Origin: a virus
Reading direction: 5' to 3' (one strand)
Virus record (IMG/VR): IMGVR_UViG_3300002064_000002
DNA length: 64,000 nt
Shown: positions 10,478-21,230 of the stretch, piece after piece
How positions within the stretch are numbered: position 1 is the first letter of the stretch
Layout: each line of letters opens with the position of its first letter
Notes under the pieces: generated by a model
What the model saw: only the letters and a program-made list of their open reading frames with translations
What the model was told of the DNA's origin: nothing
The model's database searches: none
Translations under genes and position numbers: made by a program

Positions 10478-13400
10478 TTATTGTTTAATCGTTTCAAACA
10501 TAGCTAATGCTAGTTGTACTGTAATCTTACAGTCTTTGTTATTATTCTCTCTTAAATGTACTTTAAACCACTTACCTCTTATATCATTAAACTGGTCTGT
10601 GTTAGTTTTCTGCTTAGCAGGTAATGTATAAGTACATCCATTATCATCCCTGCAAATAAATGGAGGTGTTACTTGTGCATTCTGTAATCCATTAATCCTA
10701 GCAATACATCCCTCCATCAAATTCACTCCTACCTTACCTGGAGGACATACATGGTTTTCATTCTCCGGATCCTTTATGAATGTATCTACCAATCCTGTAG
10801 AATAGCAGTCATTGTATACTAGTACCTGATCAAACCATTCATTCTTCTTAAGGATGGAGCAATCATATCCTCTATACTCTTTCCATTCTGAATAGATCTC
10901 TAGGCTTTGTAGAGTATGTACTTGTATTTCTTTTTTCATCAAAAACCCTATTTCAAATGGATATGTTTTCCCATAGTAAGTATTATAACAATACTTATCA
11001 TTATGCTTCCATAGCCCTTTATCATTCCTGGAAAGGATGTTATTAGGTAAACACATATACTCATCAGGTACAAAGCTATTGTGACTAATAAACTGCTGCA
11101 TAGCTGGTTTATATGTAAGGGTCCATCCTGTATCCTTATCCGTAATATAGATATTGTCAGAACAGTTATCATACGTAGCTATAATCTCTCCATTAGCATA
11201 TTCTTTAAACCATGATCTCATTTCTGCTGATACATCCTGTATTTGATTAGTATAGTTTAAGAACCTCTTTCTCTTCCTATCAAACCAGAATACACCATAC
11301 CTAGTATTAACTATAGAGTTACAATCAATAGTTCCACCAAATCCTGTACATTCATCTGATAGACGTTGTAATCTTCTATCGAATATATTCGGACTTCCAA
11401 GATATATCTCTTGTCCTGAATTAGTAGTAAGACTATCTTCTGGTTGAGTAACATACATAGCATCCTCAAATGCTACTAGAAGTCTATAGTCATCTATGGC
11501 CCTTATACAGGTAAATCTACCATCTTTATTAGAAAACACATGTCTATTAAGTGGAGGAAATGTAAGCCAATTATCCTTACCTCCGTCTACATTTGTCCTA
11601 TTAGAATATATAATCTCATTGTATGCTATTTCTGGATCACATAAATCAACTGTATTTTCTGGTAGATCTTGTCTATGTATCCCATTAAAACAGTACTGTA
11701 AATTATAAAGATGTAATTCTCTGTTATGATAGTCTGTTGCACAAGCTATATCTGCTAAATCTCTAAGAGGATATGGTTGGCTTTCTGCTACTTCTGAACA
11801 AACTCTCCAATCTGAATTAAACTTAGATTCTCCCCAAAAACATGCTACTCCTGTGACATGTGTATAGAATACACCTGGTCTAGATAAGTAATCAGATCTT
11901 GGACTGCCATTTAATCCTGGTATTAATGTTCCAACTATAGTTTCTAAAATATCTATAAGAAGTTGAGTTAATTCTCCGCCTCCTGAATCACTACCATTAA
12001 GGTCATCTGGTACCATATCTCCATCCGCATCATTATCCGCTATCACTCCAAACCCTATAGTATTGATCAGTCGCACTATTGGATCCGGTAGATCAATATT
12101 AATAGGCTTTATACATACTCCTAACTCCTGTATAGGTTCTAATACATAATCATTATCTATAAATGCACTAGATATACCAGGTATAATACCTTGTATAGCT
12201 TTTGCAAATACTGACTTTTGAGTAGTATCCATCCAGTATCTTGTCTCAGCACATAACCAGTTCAGCCTTAAGTTAAAGTCTGTATTAGGGGGTAGTGTTA
12301 AGGGAAGATTAGAAAAGAAAGGTTTCTTCCTTACTACCTGAAATTGACTGATATAAATATCTCCTCCAAATATGCAGCCTGTATCTTCACTCATACTACT
12401 ACAAGTAACTGCTTTAGTTATTCCTGCATTAATACCCTGATACTGATTAGGTAAACTTTGTTTTACTCCTGCATAATATGAAACCGCTTGAATAGGTACT
12501 TCTTCATCTGTTTCTGGATCTGAAGCTGTACTACAGTAGCCAAATGATACTCCTGTATTGCAATCTTCCAAATCGGCATTTTGATCTTGAGGGCAGAATA
12601 CATCTGAATAGAGTAATCTAGTCTTATCCTTTTCACATGGGTTCTCTAAAGGCGCATTAAGCTTTAAGTATCTTGAAAATGCTCCACACCAGTTGTCTAC
12701 TCTAGTTCCATCATTAAGCGTTTGTCTAATAGGTTGTACATCTTGAGAAAGCTCTATAGACCTTCTTATATTTCCTTTCTTTATATTCTTACAGTTATAG
12801 GCATTGTAATCTGCTTTTGCAGTATATTGAATAGCATAATTTCTAGGGGTGATAAAACTCTTTACTATATTATCTGCTGTATTTATACCTTGTGAATAAT
12901 GAAAAAGAAGAGTAGGTAACTGCTCAACAAGAGGTAAGCTATCTATGAAGCCTTGTTGGTCACTACATTCATTAGTAGTAGTTTTTGTTCCAGTAATTAC
13001 ATCTCCTAAGCAAGGGCATTGATCTGCCCATTTTACTGATCTTTGTACTTCTGATAAGCTAGAAAAAGTAGGAGAAGTTTGACTAAAAGTCCCTCCTAAT
13101 AAAGGATTCCCACAGTAAGTACTTGTCTTTCTATTTAGTTCTACTGACACCCAACCATCTGAGTTAACTTGTATAGGACCATATTCTACTATGTTACATG
13201 TAGGTAATGTAACTATTCCACCAAGATTCTGTGTGCATTCTTCTACACAAATAGTTATGCTAGTAGAGCATCCTGCAGTAAGTCCTGATACTCTTAAATG
13301 TAATTCAGCTTGTTTGTTAAATAGCGTTGGATTTATTAAAGCACATGGATTAACAGCATCCATTACTGGGTCTCCTGGTCCATTGGTAATAGCAAATTCA

Positions 13401-15883
13401 GTTACCTTATAGCAATCACCTTGTAAGCCGGTATTAGGATCATTGCCAAACTCATCACATTCACATTTCTCATCTGCTTGTTGAGTGTTAGTTCCTTCTG
13501 TAGTATTCTCTCCTTTAATAGTTCCTGCACTACCTATCTGTATTCCAGTAGGAGGGGCTCCTATTGTACCAGGAACAGTGTTAATAATAATAGGAATACT
13601 AGTAGTAAGCACTGTTCCTGTTATAGGATCAACGGTTACTGTAGCGCCTATGCCACCATTATTAGTAGTATCTTCATCTACAGTTTCTGTAGTATCTACA
13701 TCAGTAATTACTGCAGCTTTTCTAATGCATTCTTTCATTACTTCAGTCTCCTTACATACTTGACCAGAGAGAGCAAATGCAGCTTCTGCTATACCTGCAG
13801 TTTGAGATACTAATTCAGCTAATTGACTTGGTAACTGATATTTAGGATAATCTTTAGTTTCATGATAAAGCCCCTCTACCCTGCCTACTTCTTCAGAGTA
13901 AAGACAAAGTTCTTGTCCATTACCTCCTTTCACATAGTGAATATCCGGAGAATGAAAAGTAAATTCTTGTTGACTATAGTCATTTAACCCAGTCCACTGA
14001 CCAAAGTTATCTCTCTCATTACCAGGATTAGTAAGGAACTGATCCTCACACAGGTCATTGAATGGATAGTTAGGATACTTTACTGGATCTTCCTCACAGG
14101 TCTTTTCTATATTTCCTGTATTAAAAAGTAGTCCTTTATGTAAAATCGATTGGTTCTGCTGTCTATCTTCTACATGAATCTGATATCCTTTAACTGGTAT
14201 AGGATTTCCATTCATGTCTAATGGTGGTTGTATATTCTCAAAAGCAATAGCCATTATATTGACACATGCTTCTCTACACTTTACATCTGGATTAATAAGT
14301 GTATCTGAAGTATCTCCAGAATACTGTAAACTATTATTGTGAATATGCGCTACATTAATAACTGTACCATCGTTTTTAGTATAACTAACACAATTACTAG
14401 GAAATTTATGGTATCTAATTGGCTTACATCTTAGCTCTATACATGGGTAATCTTCAGGATAGAAATAATCTCTACTTTCCCAATACGCGAATAAACCTTC
14501 TGCTTCTACTTCTTCTTCACATTGAGCACAATTTAGTCCTCCTCCTAAAGGATCAAGGCCATCTTCTCCACTTTGTTGTTCATCTACTATATTCACATTT
14601 GTTACTGTAGCTGTATTATATATCTCCCAGTACTTCTTATCAATTTGATCACAGCTTGATTGAGTAACTTCAAAATTATCATTATTTATCTCTGCATTAG
14701 AGTTAGAATCAAATCCAATGTGATCTCCAATAAAAGTACTAAGAGCATCTGATGGTATATGCGTTTTGTGGGACCAAGATCCATTAGGTAACTGCCATGA
14801 GATGTAGTGACTATATACCTCATCTCTCATATAACTAGGATACTTCCCAGCATTACTAGCGCTTACTCTAACACTTTTCCATTTACTTTTTATCTGACAA
14901 GCCTGAGGTCTATAATCAAAATTGAATCCTAACTTAGGTTGTGCAAGGATAAGTGATTCATTATTCACATCAAGAAATTCAGATCCTCTGATATAAGGAC
15001 TTTGCTGAAGTAGTAGTGCGTTTTCTACTATCTGATTTTCATTAGTATCTAATCTATTAATACCTACCTGATTCTGGCTGGCATGAAAATAACCTACTCT
15101 TTGTGCTTCAGTGCCTCTATCTTCTCTATGCGCTATAAGAACTACTTCGTACTGATCAAATGTATCTGATATACATCCTTCAAATTCTATATTGATTCCA
15201 AATGTATTATTGTCTTTATCAAATAACTTGATAACTTGAGGTAGTATATGGTAATCACTAATTCTTTGTCCATTTTCTGTGAATGCTATAGCTATCTGAT
15301 ATACTCCTCCAGGAATAAGGCCTCCTGTATAATTAGTAATAGTTGGACAAGGCCATTTGATGCATCTACTAAGTTCTAATGCTTCACAGTCTACATCTGA
15401 ACTGAATTCATCCTTACAGTCATCACAGTCTGTAAGACTTTTATAAGGAATACATTTCTCTATGTCAAATATCTTAGGTGTAAGGCATTGATTGGTCCAA
15501 TAGATTCTAGGGCTTCCTTCATATAGTTTATATGAACCTACTATTTCATCAGGCGTATGTATACATTCTGAAATGAGCTTGGTAGTACTAGTACAAGTAT
15601 TAGCATCGAACAGATCTATTCTTCCTTTCTCTCCATCATCTAGAATAATAGCAAATCTCTCTTGATCCAATCTTATAGCTCCTCTATATTCCCAACCAGT
15701 AGGAAACTCATAGCATAAGCTATTTCCTAAAACATTCTGTACAAATGAAATATTACCTTCATTTTCATAGCCTGATATATCTCCATTAAGAAGATAATGG
15801 ATATCTCCGCTCTTCTGTAAAAGAGGGTGTTTGTCACTAGAAAGATGTATTCCTGCAAATATGTTCTGTCCTATATTATTCAT
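10478..15883 (-). CDS. Tail muzzle / stabilisation protein (P22 gp10-like crAss family), about 1800 aa
   Basis: Contains YMRDEVYSHYISWQLPNGSWSHKTHIP, IRYHKFP and IIYSN..DNWLTF segments typical of crAss-like tail stabilisation proteins, and follows the ring proteins. Likely start is ATG 15883 (MNNIGQ), overlapping the upstream stop, rather than 15919. Confidence 0.8.
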   Translation of the reverse strand: MNNIGQNIFAGIHLSSDKHPLLQKSGDIHYLLNGDISGYENEGNISFVQNVLGNSLCYEFPTGWEYRGAIRLDQERFAIILDDGEKGRIDLFDANTCTSTTKLISECIHTPDEIVGSYKLYEGSPRIYWTNQCLTPKIFDIEKCIPYKSLTDCDDCKDEFSSDVDCEALELSRCIKWPCPTITNYTGGLIPGGVYQIAIAFTENGQRISDYHILPQVIKLFDKDNNTFGINIEFEGCISDTFDQYEVVLIAHREDRGTEAQRVGYFHASQNQVGINRLDTNENQIVENALLLQQSPYIRGSEFLDVNNESLILAQPKLGFNFDYRPQACQIKSKWKSVRVSASNAGKYPSYMRDEVYSHYISWQLPNGSWSHKTHIPSDALSTFIGDHIGFDSNSNAEINNDNFEVTQSSCDQIDKKYWEIYNTATVTNVNIVDEQQSGEDGLDPLGGGLNCAQCEEEVEAEGLFAYWESRDYFYPEDYPCIELRCKPIRYHKFPSNCVSYTKNDGTVINVAHIHNNSLQYSGDTSDTLINPDVKCREACVNIMAIAFENIQPPLDMNGNPIPVKGYQIHVEDRQQNQSILHKGLLFNTGNIEKTCEEDPVKYPNYPFNDLCEDQFLTNPGNERDNFGQWTGLNDYSQQEFTFHSPDIHYVKGGNGQELCLYSEEVGRVEGLYHETKDYPKYQLPSQLAELVSQTAGIAEAAFALSGQVCKETEVMKECIRKAAVITDVDTTETVDEDTTNNGGIGATVTVDPITGTVLTTSIPIIINTVPGTIGAPPTGIQIGSAGTIKGENTTEGTNTQQADEKCECDEFGNDPNTGLQGDCYKVTEFAITNGPGDPVMDAVNPCALINPTLFNKQAELHLRVSGLTAGCSTSITICVEECTQNLGGIVTLPTCNIVEYGPIQVNSDGWVSVELNRKTSTYCGNPLLGGTFSQTSPTFSSLSEVQRSVKWADQCPCLGDVITGTKTTTNECSDQQGFIDSLPLVEQLPTLLFHYSQGINTADNIVKSFITPRNYAIQYTAKADYNAYNCKNIKKGNIRRSIELSQDVQPIRQTLNDGTRVDNWCGAFSRYLKLNAPLENPCEKDKTRLLYSDVFCPQDQNADLEDCNTGVSFGYCSTASDPETDEEVPIQAVSYYAGVKQSLPNQYQGINAGITKAVTCSSMSEDTGCIFGGDIYISQFQVVRKKPFFSNLPLTLPPNTDFNLRLNWLCAETRYWMDTTQKSVFAKAIQGIIPGISSAFIDNDYVLEPIQELGVCIKPINIDLPDPIVRLINTIGFGVIADNDADGDMVPDDLNGSDSGGGELTQLLIDILETIVGTLIPGLNGSPRSDYLSRPGVFYTHVTGVACFWGESKFNSDWRVCSEVAESQPYPLRDLADIACATDYHNRELHLYNLQYCFNGIHRQDLPENTVDLCDPEIAYNEIIYSNRTNVDGGKDNWLTFPPLNRHVFSNKDGRFTCIRAIDDYRLLVAFEDAMYVTQPEDSLTTNSGQEIYLGSPNIFDRRLQRLSDECTGFGGTIDCNSIVNTRYGVFWFDRKRKRFLNYTNQIQDVSAEMRSWFKEYANGEIIATYDNCSDNIYITDKDTGWTLTYKPAMQQFISHNSFVPDEYMCLPNNILSRNDKGLWKHNDKYCYNTYYGKTYPFEIGFLMKKEIQVHTLQSLEIYSEWKEYRGYDCSILKKNEWFDQVLVYNDCYSTGLVDTFIKDPENENHVCPPGKVGVNLMEGCIARINGLQNAQVTPPFICRDDNGCTYTLPAKQKTNTDQFNDIRGKWFKVHLRENNNKDCKITVQLALAMFETIKQ

Positions 15884-16814
15884 ATCTCTTCGTACTTGGA
15901 GCTGAATAATAACATTCATCCCATATAGCCATTCTATATCTATTAAATCTTCTTATAAATGTATTAGACATATTATAGAATTCCTGGAATTCTGATGCCT
16001 TATATACCATTCTAGCATTTTCTGCCTTTACAAAAAGATCTTGCTTCATATCAGCATATCTTCTTTCCATATTAGGTTCTCCATTCCAATATAAAGTTTG
16101 GACGAGCTCGTGAACCATATCTGCTTTTATCCACTCTTTAATAGTTTCATTATCAGGAATCAAGTAATCATCTGCTGTTTCAAATTCTGCCACATACTCT
16201 ATGTATATCATTCCAGAATCAAAGTTTGTATTGATATGTCCATTTCTAATATCTATTTCATTTTTATTCCTAGACATCATATTTAAACAATCTTTAGCAC
16301 AACTAGGGCTACTTTGCTTTGTAGGACATAAAAGTTCAAAATTAGAATGCGTATATGTTAAGCCCGGTCTATCAAACTTTTGAACTATTTTGTACATGTT
16401 TCCACACTCATCGTGGCATACATCACAAGCTGATTCACATAGGTTTAATTCACAGACATGCTGTTCTTCAGTATATACTGTTTCCTCGAATCTACTATGA
16501 CATCTGGCCTTCTCCTGAAAGCATGCTAATGCTAGTTTTAACTTTCTAAAATCTTCTGGTAATTCTGCTTTACAATTTTCTACTTCCACTACAGTAAACT
16601 TTTGGGGAGCATGGTTCATCTTCAGTTTAGAAAGGCAATACCTGATACGGGCATATAATACAGATTCATCCATAGAGTTCTGCTCGAAGAAGCTAGATAG
16701 CTTATTCTTTACTTCTTCTATAAGATCACTAGCATTACAGTACTCTATGTTAGAGTAGATGTAATCTCTGTTATGTAGATTATATGTAGCTGGCTTAACT
16801 CTCTTTAAACTCAT
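15876..16814 (-). CDS. Tail ring / tubular protein (P22 gp4-like)
   Basis: Conserved position before the muzzle gene; VVEVENCKAELPEDF and GHINTNFDSGMIYIEY..LIPDNE..EWIK pattern. Confidence 0.7.
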   Translation of the reverse strand: MSLKRVKPATYNLHNRDYIYSNIEYCNASDLIEEVKNKLSSFFEQNSMDESVLYARIRYCLSKLKMNHAPQKFTVVEVENCKAELPEDFRKLKLALACFQEKARCHSRFEETVYTEEQHVCELNLCESACDVCHDECGNMYKIVQKFDRPGLTYTHSNFELLCPTKQSSPSCAKDCLNMMSRNKNEIDIRNGHINTNFDSGMIYIEYVAEFETADDYLIPDNETIKEWIKADMVHELVQTLYWNGEPNMERRYADMKQDLFVKAENARMVYKASEFQEFYNMSNTFIRRFNRYRMAIWDECYYSAPSTKRYE

Positions 16815-17428
16815 GTAGTAGTTGATTTATTCTGAGAATGATCATATCCTACACTTTTGAAAAGTTGTAGTTCTTGTAGTGCAGCAGTCATAGCTCCATC
16901 TATAAGATAATCAGGAAGAATTGTATTTTGATCCAGTTTAGAGCATGTGTCTTTATCATCACTACTGGTAAGATCTTTTGGGATATAACTAACTGATATA
17001 CAAGGATAACACTTAGAGAGATAAAGATATCCATTCTCTAAATAAGCATAGTTTTGTTTATTTCCCTGTATGCCTGTCTTTCTGATGAAGGAACTAGGGT
17101 TAACAAGATGAAAGTTAGTACTTAAGTCTGCCGTTGCTATATATCTATATGTTAATCCTGTCTTAAATTCTACGCTATCAGGAAGCTTGGCTCTACAAGA
17201 AAGTTTACAGATAGGAACACAAGTATCTTCTAATTCATTAACTTCTTCTGTATCTATACTGGCTGTCTCAAATACATCTATATTGTAGATATTCTTTTTG
17301 TCTCTTTCTAATAAGAGCTGTGCTTTAGTATAAAATATATTCCAGAGATGTCTATTGGTAAGAACTGTATCTCCAGTGTGTTCTTTTATATCATTTCTTA
17401 GTCTGGATACAATTTGTCTTATTAACAT
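16811..17428 (-). CDS. Tail ring protein
   Basis: MLIRQIVSRLRNDIK..LTNRHLW and YAYLENGYLYL pattern; lies between the IHF-like and tubular genes. Confidence 0.6.
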   Translation of the reverse strand: MLIRQIVSRLRNDIKEHTGDTVLTNRHLWNIFYTKAQLLLERDKKNIYNIDVFETASIDTEEVNELEDTCVPICKLSCRAKLPDSVEFKTGLTYRYIATADLSTNFHLVNPSSFIRKTGIQGNKQNYAYLENGYLYLSKCYPCISVSYIPKDLTSSDDKDTCSKLDQNTILPDYLIDGAMTAALQELQLFKSVGYDHSQNKSTTT

Positions 17429-17840
17429 CGGCTAAATACTCGTAGGTTTGAAAATGTTTGTAGTTTCCTGACTTGATTTGTTTGGCTAAAGATCTTCTAA
17501 AAGGCTTGTACATTTGTATTTTGTACATATCACAAAAAATAAATGGCCTTTTCTTTCTTTTCTCATACCTGTTAAACTTAGGCATGTAATAAGGAATATA
17601 AACCAATCCTTCTGTATGTGAATTCCTATAAAGTACATTTTGATCTTGTTGATAATCTCTGGTATTGAACATAAACCCAGCTATCATTATTCTTCCAAAA
17701 CCTCTTGGCATTTGTACTCCATCCTCATTTTCACTTAGTTCTTTTGCTAACTGCTTACCAAACTCATACATTACCTTTCTATCTAACTCTTTAAGTTGTC
17801 TTTCTGGGCAGTATACTGTAAGTGCTGGTCTTTTGCTCAT
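17391..17840 (-). CDS. IHF/HU-like DNA-binding protein
   Basis: FGKQLAKELSENEDGVQMPRGFGRIMI resembles the HU/IHF fold; conserved crAss-like position. Confidence 0.55.
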   Translation of the reverse strand: MSKRPALTVYCPERQLKELDRKVMYEFGKQLAKELSENEDGVQMPRGFGRIMIAGFMFNTRDYQQDQNVLYRNSHTEGLVYIPYYMPKFNRYEKRKKRPFIFCDMYKIQMYKPFRRSLAKQIKSGNYKHFQTYEYLADVNKTNCIQTKK

Positions 17841-17907
17841 AATAATTATTATTAACTAATAAATAGTCAGGATAATAGTTATAATATAAGCATTTTAAAG
17901 ATTAAGA

Positions 17908-19554
17908 TCAATTATTTATAGTGAGGGTTACTTCTGTACAGGCTGATGTACAACCTTCATTAGCTGGGTGAGAGTATGTATATGTATAATTACCTGCTAA
18001 TGCTTCACATCTGTCTACAGTTACTACTCCATTAATTAGTTCTTGTCCTACATATTCTGTACTAGGTGTAGAGCAAGTGCCAGGTTCCCATGTCCCTCCA
18101 GCATCTTGATTGATTAATAGATCATTTAAATCTATTTCAACTGTTCTAGGTGTTATACTAGGCATTCCATTTATACCTGCATTAGCTTGCAGTGTATTTG
18201 TATAGTCATCAGAATTACAATCCCAAGATATAAGTACATCATCACTAATATTTCCACTATCACTAGCTAAACATATAGTTATTATTCCTTCTACATTCTC
18301 TACTATAAATCTATCAAAGCAATGTTCCCCAAGAACACTGATCAAGTATTCAAAGTCTCTATAAATTTGCTTTGTTTCCCATTCTCCTACTAAACTAGAT
18401 TGATAAGCATTAGGATATTGATTAGGATTTCCTTGTAACCATCCTGTAGTATTAAAGGCTCCATCTATAATATCTTTGCCCCAATAAAAGAATACTTTTT
18501 CTACTCCCTTAGCACATGCTAAAAGATAAGCTCTAAGAGAGTAAGCTGATTGCTGTGCTTCTCCAAAAGGTAATTGAGCATGATTCCATCCTATCTCTGT
18601 AATATATAAAGGCTTATTAACTGCAGTAGCATACTCTATCATATCTGCTATTTCTGCATGGCCATTAGGATCATTATAATACATTAGTTCAGGTTTACCG
18701 GTTAAAGTACTACCTGATCCTTGCTGGCCATCTTCAAAGCTATATGGATGAATAGCTACAAATTCATCATTAGTATTTTCATAAAATGAAGTGTGGTTAT
18801 GGTATAAAGTAGTACCTATATTAGGATCTGAGTCTTGAGTAGAAGTGGCTCCTGATTGTCCATTAAATGTAGATCTAAATCCATCCATAAAAGCATGGTA
18901 TTCTTCATCTCTACAATTATGCCAAAACTCATTAAGATGAGCTTGATTAAATAAAGGAAAACTGTCATTTAGATAATTACCCATGTCTATACCTACTTGC
19001 TTAATCTCTGCAAGATGTGTAGCTGTAAGAGGAATATTGGGACAAGGAAGAGACATTCCTGAAGTAACAGTAGGGAATACTATAGGGTATGAAGACCACT
19101 CGTCTCTATCCCAGTGTTTATACTGAAACTGTCTTACTCCGTTTACTGGATCGAATATTCTAGAAAGAGCAGCCATTGTGCATCCTTCTGGCATAGGGTA
19201 ATCGTCTGAACAGTTAAACCTCTGCATGGCTAATTCAAACTGAGAAAAACTTGTAGAGCAACCTGTTCCATTAGGACATACTGAACTAGGAGGGCAGTCA
19301 TTAGGTGGACTGTAAGTTTGCGGTGTCTGATACCCTTGTCCGTTAGTTGCATCAAATCCATTATGATACACATCTTCCATAGAGAAAAAATATCTCATAT
19401 TAGGAATCCATTCATAAGGGTGAGTATAAGTATTACCAGTAACTCCTGTATAAGACCATGGATTTAAAGTATTCTGGCCAAATTGGTCGTTAAAACTTTC
19501 CAAGTTCTTATGCTCATTAAGTCCTAGCCCTTCTTTTAGTTTTTTGCTTGCCAT
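17908..19554 (-). CDS. Clan GH-A glycoside hydrolase (TIM barrel) with a C-terminal Ig-like domain; putative tail-associated depolymerase
   Basis: LNEFW..EEYHAF (acid/base), FVAIHPY, KPLYITEIGW (nucleophile), GVEKVFFYW; C-terminal LNDLLINQDAGGTW..AGNYTYTY..C..TEVTLTI. Confidence 0.7.
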   Translation of the reverse strand: MASKKLKEGLGLNEHKNLESFNDQFGQNTLNPWSYTGVTGNTYTHPYEWIPNMRYFFSMEDVYHNGFDATNGQGYQTPQTYSPPNDCPPSSVCPNGTGCSTSFSQFELAMQRFNCSDDYPMPEGCTMAALSRIFDPVNGVRQFQYKHWDRDEWSSYPIVFPTVTSGMSLPCPNIPLTATHLAEIKQVGIDMGNYLNDSFPLFNQAHLNEFWHNCRDEEYHAFMDGFRSTFNGQSGATSTQDSDPNIGTTLYHNHTSFYENTNDEFVAIHPYSFEDGQQGSGSTLTGKPELMYYNDPNGHAEIADMIEYATAVNKPLYITEIGWNHAQLPFGEAQQSAYSLRAYLLACAKGVEKVFFYWGKDIIDGAFNTTGWLQGNPNQYPNAYQSSLVGEWETKQIYRDFEYLISVLGEHCFDRFIVENVEGIITICLASDSGNISDDVLISWDCNSDDYTNTLQANAGINGMPSITPRTVEIDLNDLLINQDAGGTWEPGTCSTPSTEYVGQELINGVVTVDRCEALAGNYTYTYSHPANEGCTSACTEVTLTINN

Positions 19555-20255
19555 TACTGAATATTTAAATCTATTTCTCCAGATCCAGTAGCTGTACCTG
19601 AACTATTACAATTAGGATTTACTGTGCCGTTACATTCTGCTACTGTAAAGGAAATGTGCATTGCCTTTCTACAACTTTCATTTACAGCCAACCATGCTAT
19701 TAATTCAGTAACACTATTGGCTTTTGGTGCTGTGCTAGTATTACTTATAAATATATCATAGTCACCTACGCTAGGCAAAGTAAAAGTAAAATCTGCTGTA
19801 CCATTTGCTAACAAAGTATAAGCTCCTTGTGTTTCTATTAGATTTTCATCTGGTCCAAATAGTAGAAAAAGAACTCCTGCTAATTGATCAGGATCTATTT
19901 GATCTGCTGTTAAGTTAATAGTTACTTCTGTATTATTAGGATCAAAACAAACTGCATTTGCATTTGTAAAATTAGGTTCTACTAGATCACAAACATCAGG
20001 ATCTACTGGTATAGTAAATCCACCTTCGTCTATAAACTGTTGTAGAGTCCTTCCATCAGATAGAATAATACATTTAGCTTCTAGAGTACTAGCACATCCT
20101 TCAGAACAATATTCTACATCTGTTATACAATCAGGAATTGGAGTGGCTTCTTTCCCATCAGCTAATGTAGGACACCCTTTAACATACACAGGGTAGCAAG
20201 GGTGTTTTTTACAACTAGGTGTTCCACATACATTACAATTTGATTTCTTAGCCAT
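19554..20255 (-). CDS. Cys-rich tail fibre-associated protein
   Basis: About 14 Cys in 233 aa, with a beta-rich C-terminal half; in the structural operon. Confidence 0.5.
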   Translation of the reverse strand: MAKKSNCNVCGTPSCKKHPCYPVYVKGCPTLADGKEATPIPDCITDVEYCSEGCASTLEAKCIILSDGRTLQQFIDEGGFTIPVDPDVCDLVEPNFTNANAVCFDPNNTEVTINLTADQIDPDQLAGVLFLLFGPDENLIETQGAYTLLANGTADFTFTLPSVGDYDIFISNTSTAPKANSVTELIAWLAVNESCRKAMHISFTVAECNGTVNPNCNSSGTATGSGEIDLNIQ

Positions 20256-20940
20256 TTTGAAGGGTTTCTATAGTAGCAGTTAAAGTATTAATCTGCGACT
20301 GTAAATTATTATTACAGCAATCATTGCTGTCTATTTCTAATTGCAACTCATTTAATTTGTTTTCTAATTCGTCTATCTTATCACACTTTTTTCTAAGTTC
20401 CTTCTCTATACTAATAACTCTAGATATAATAGCTTGCATATACTCTTCAGTAGTAACTTCTGGACCACATAGATTCTGTGGAGTAATGCAATCTTCTGAA
20501 GGATCTAAATCAGTAGTCCAAGTATCTTGGTTACAGTACTGAAGATTAGATAATAGCTCAAAAGTATTAGGTATAGTATTACCTGAGTCATCTGTTTGAG
20601 TACAACAGTCATCTGTACTATCATCTTCGCACTCCGGGCAATCTGGATCTACATAGTTGCATGCTTTATCTATAATAGCTTGAAGTACTTGCTTGTGGTC
20701 TGTGTTATCATCCACATTCAGGCACCTCATTTCAAGATCTGAAAAATCAAGAGCTGAACATACCGCACCTACAATGCCCTCCAGAAGAACGTCGCTTGTT
20801 ATACAAGAGGTCTTGTTGTAACCGTTTATTTGTATTCCAGTAGTTTCTGGTGGAAGAAGACATTGCCAATCGAAGTCCACATGGACAATCTGACCTGCTG
20901 GAATTGGGTTTGTTATCGCATCTGCACATCCTTTTGACAT
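20248..20940 (-). CDS. Cys-rich protein with C-terminal coiled coil (tail fibre/hub-like)
   Basis: About 16 Cys in 230 aa; heptad run KIDELENKLNELQLEI..LQSQINTL. Confidence 0.5.
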   Translation of the reverse strand: MSKGCADAITNPIPAGQIVHVDFDWQCLLPPETTGIQINGYNKTSCITSDVLLEGIVGAVCSALDFSDLEMRCLNVDDNTDHKQVLQAIIDKACNYVDPDCPECEDDSTDDCCTQTDDSGNTIPNTFELLSNLQYCNQDTWTTDLDPSEDCITPQNLCGPEVTTEEYMQAIISRVISIEKELRKKCDKIDELENKLNELQLEIDSNDCCNNNLQSQINTLTATIETLQNG

Positions 20941-20984
20941 ATTCTGCTTTTATATTAGTATTTGAATTAATATCTATTCCGTAC

Positions 20985-21230
20985 CTACTGGCTTGGCGTT
21001 GTTTGTAGTATTTGTTGTTCAAGTTCATTTATCTGCTTTTCATATTTTTTACAATCTGTAGCAAATACTTGCATTTGATTGAGAACTATTTTACTATTTG
21101 TTCTTTTGAACAGTTTATTAAGATATGCAAATGTATACGGACAAGTACTTACGTCTTGTGTATTGCTACTTAATTTTCTCTTTATCCTGGTAGTTTTTTT
21201 CTTAAACCAGCTTCTTGCACAATTACACAC
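20985..21230 (-). CDS. Small Cys-containing hypothetical protein
   Basis: In operon; begins MCNC. Confidence 0.5.
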   Translation of the reverse strand: MCNCARSWFKKKTTRIKRKLSSNTQDVSTCPYTFAYLNKLFKRTNSKIVLNQMQVFATDCKKYEKQINELEQQILQTTPSQ

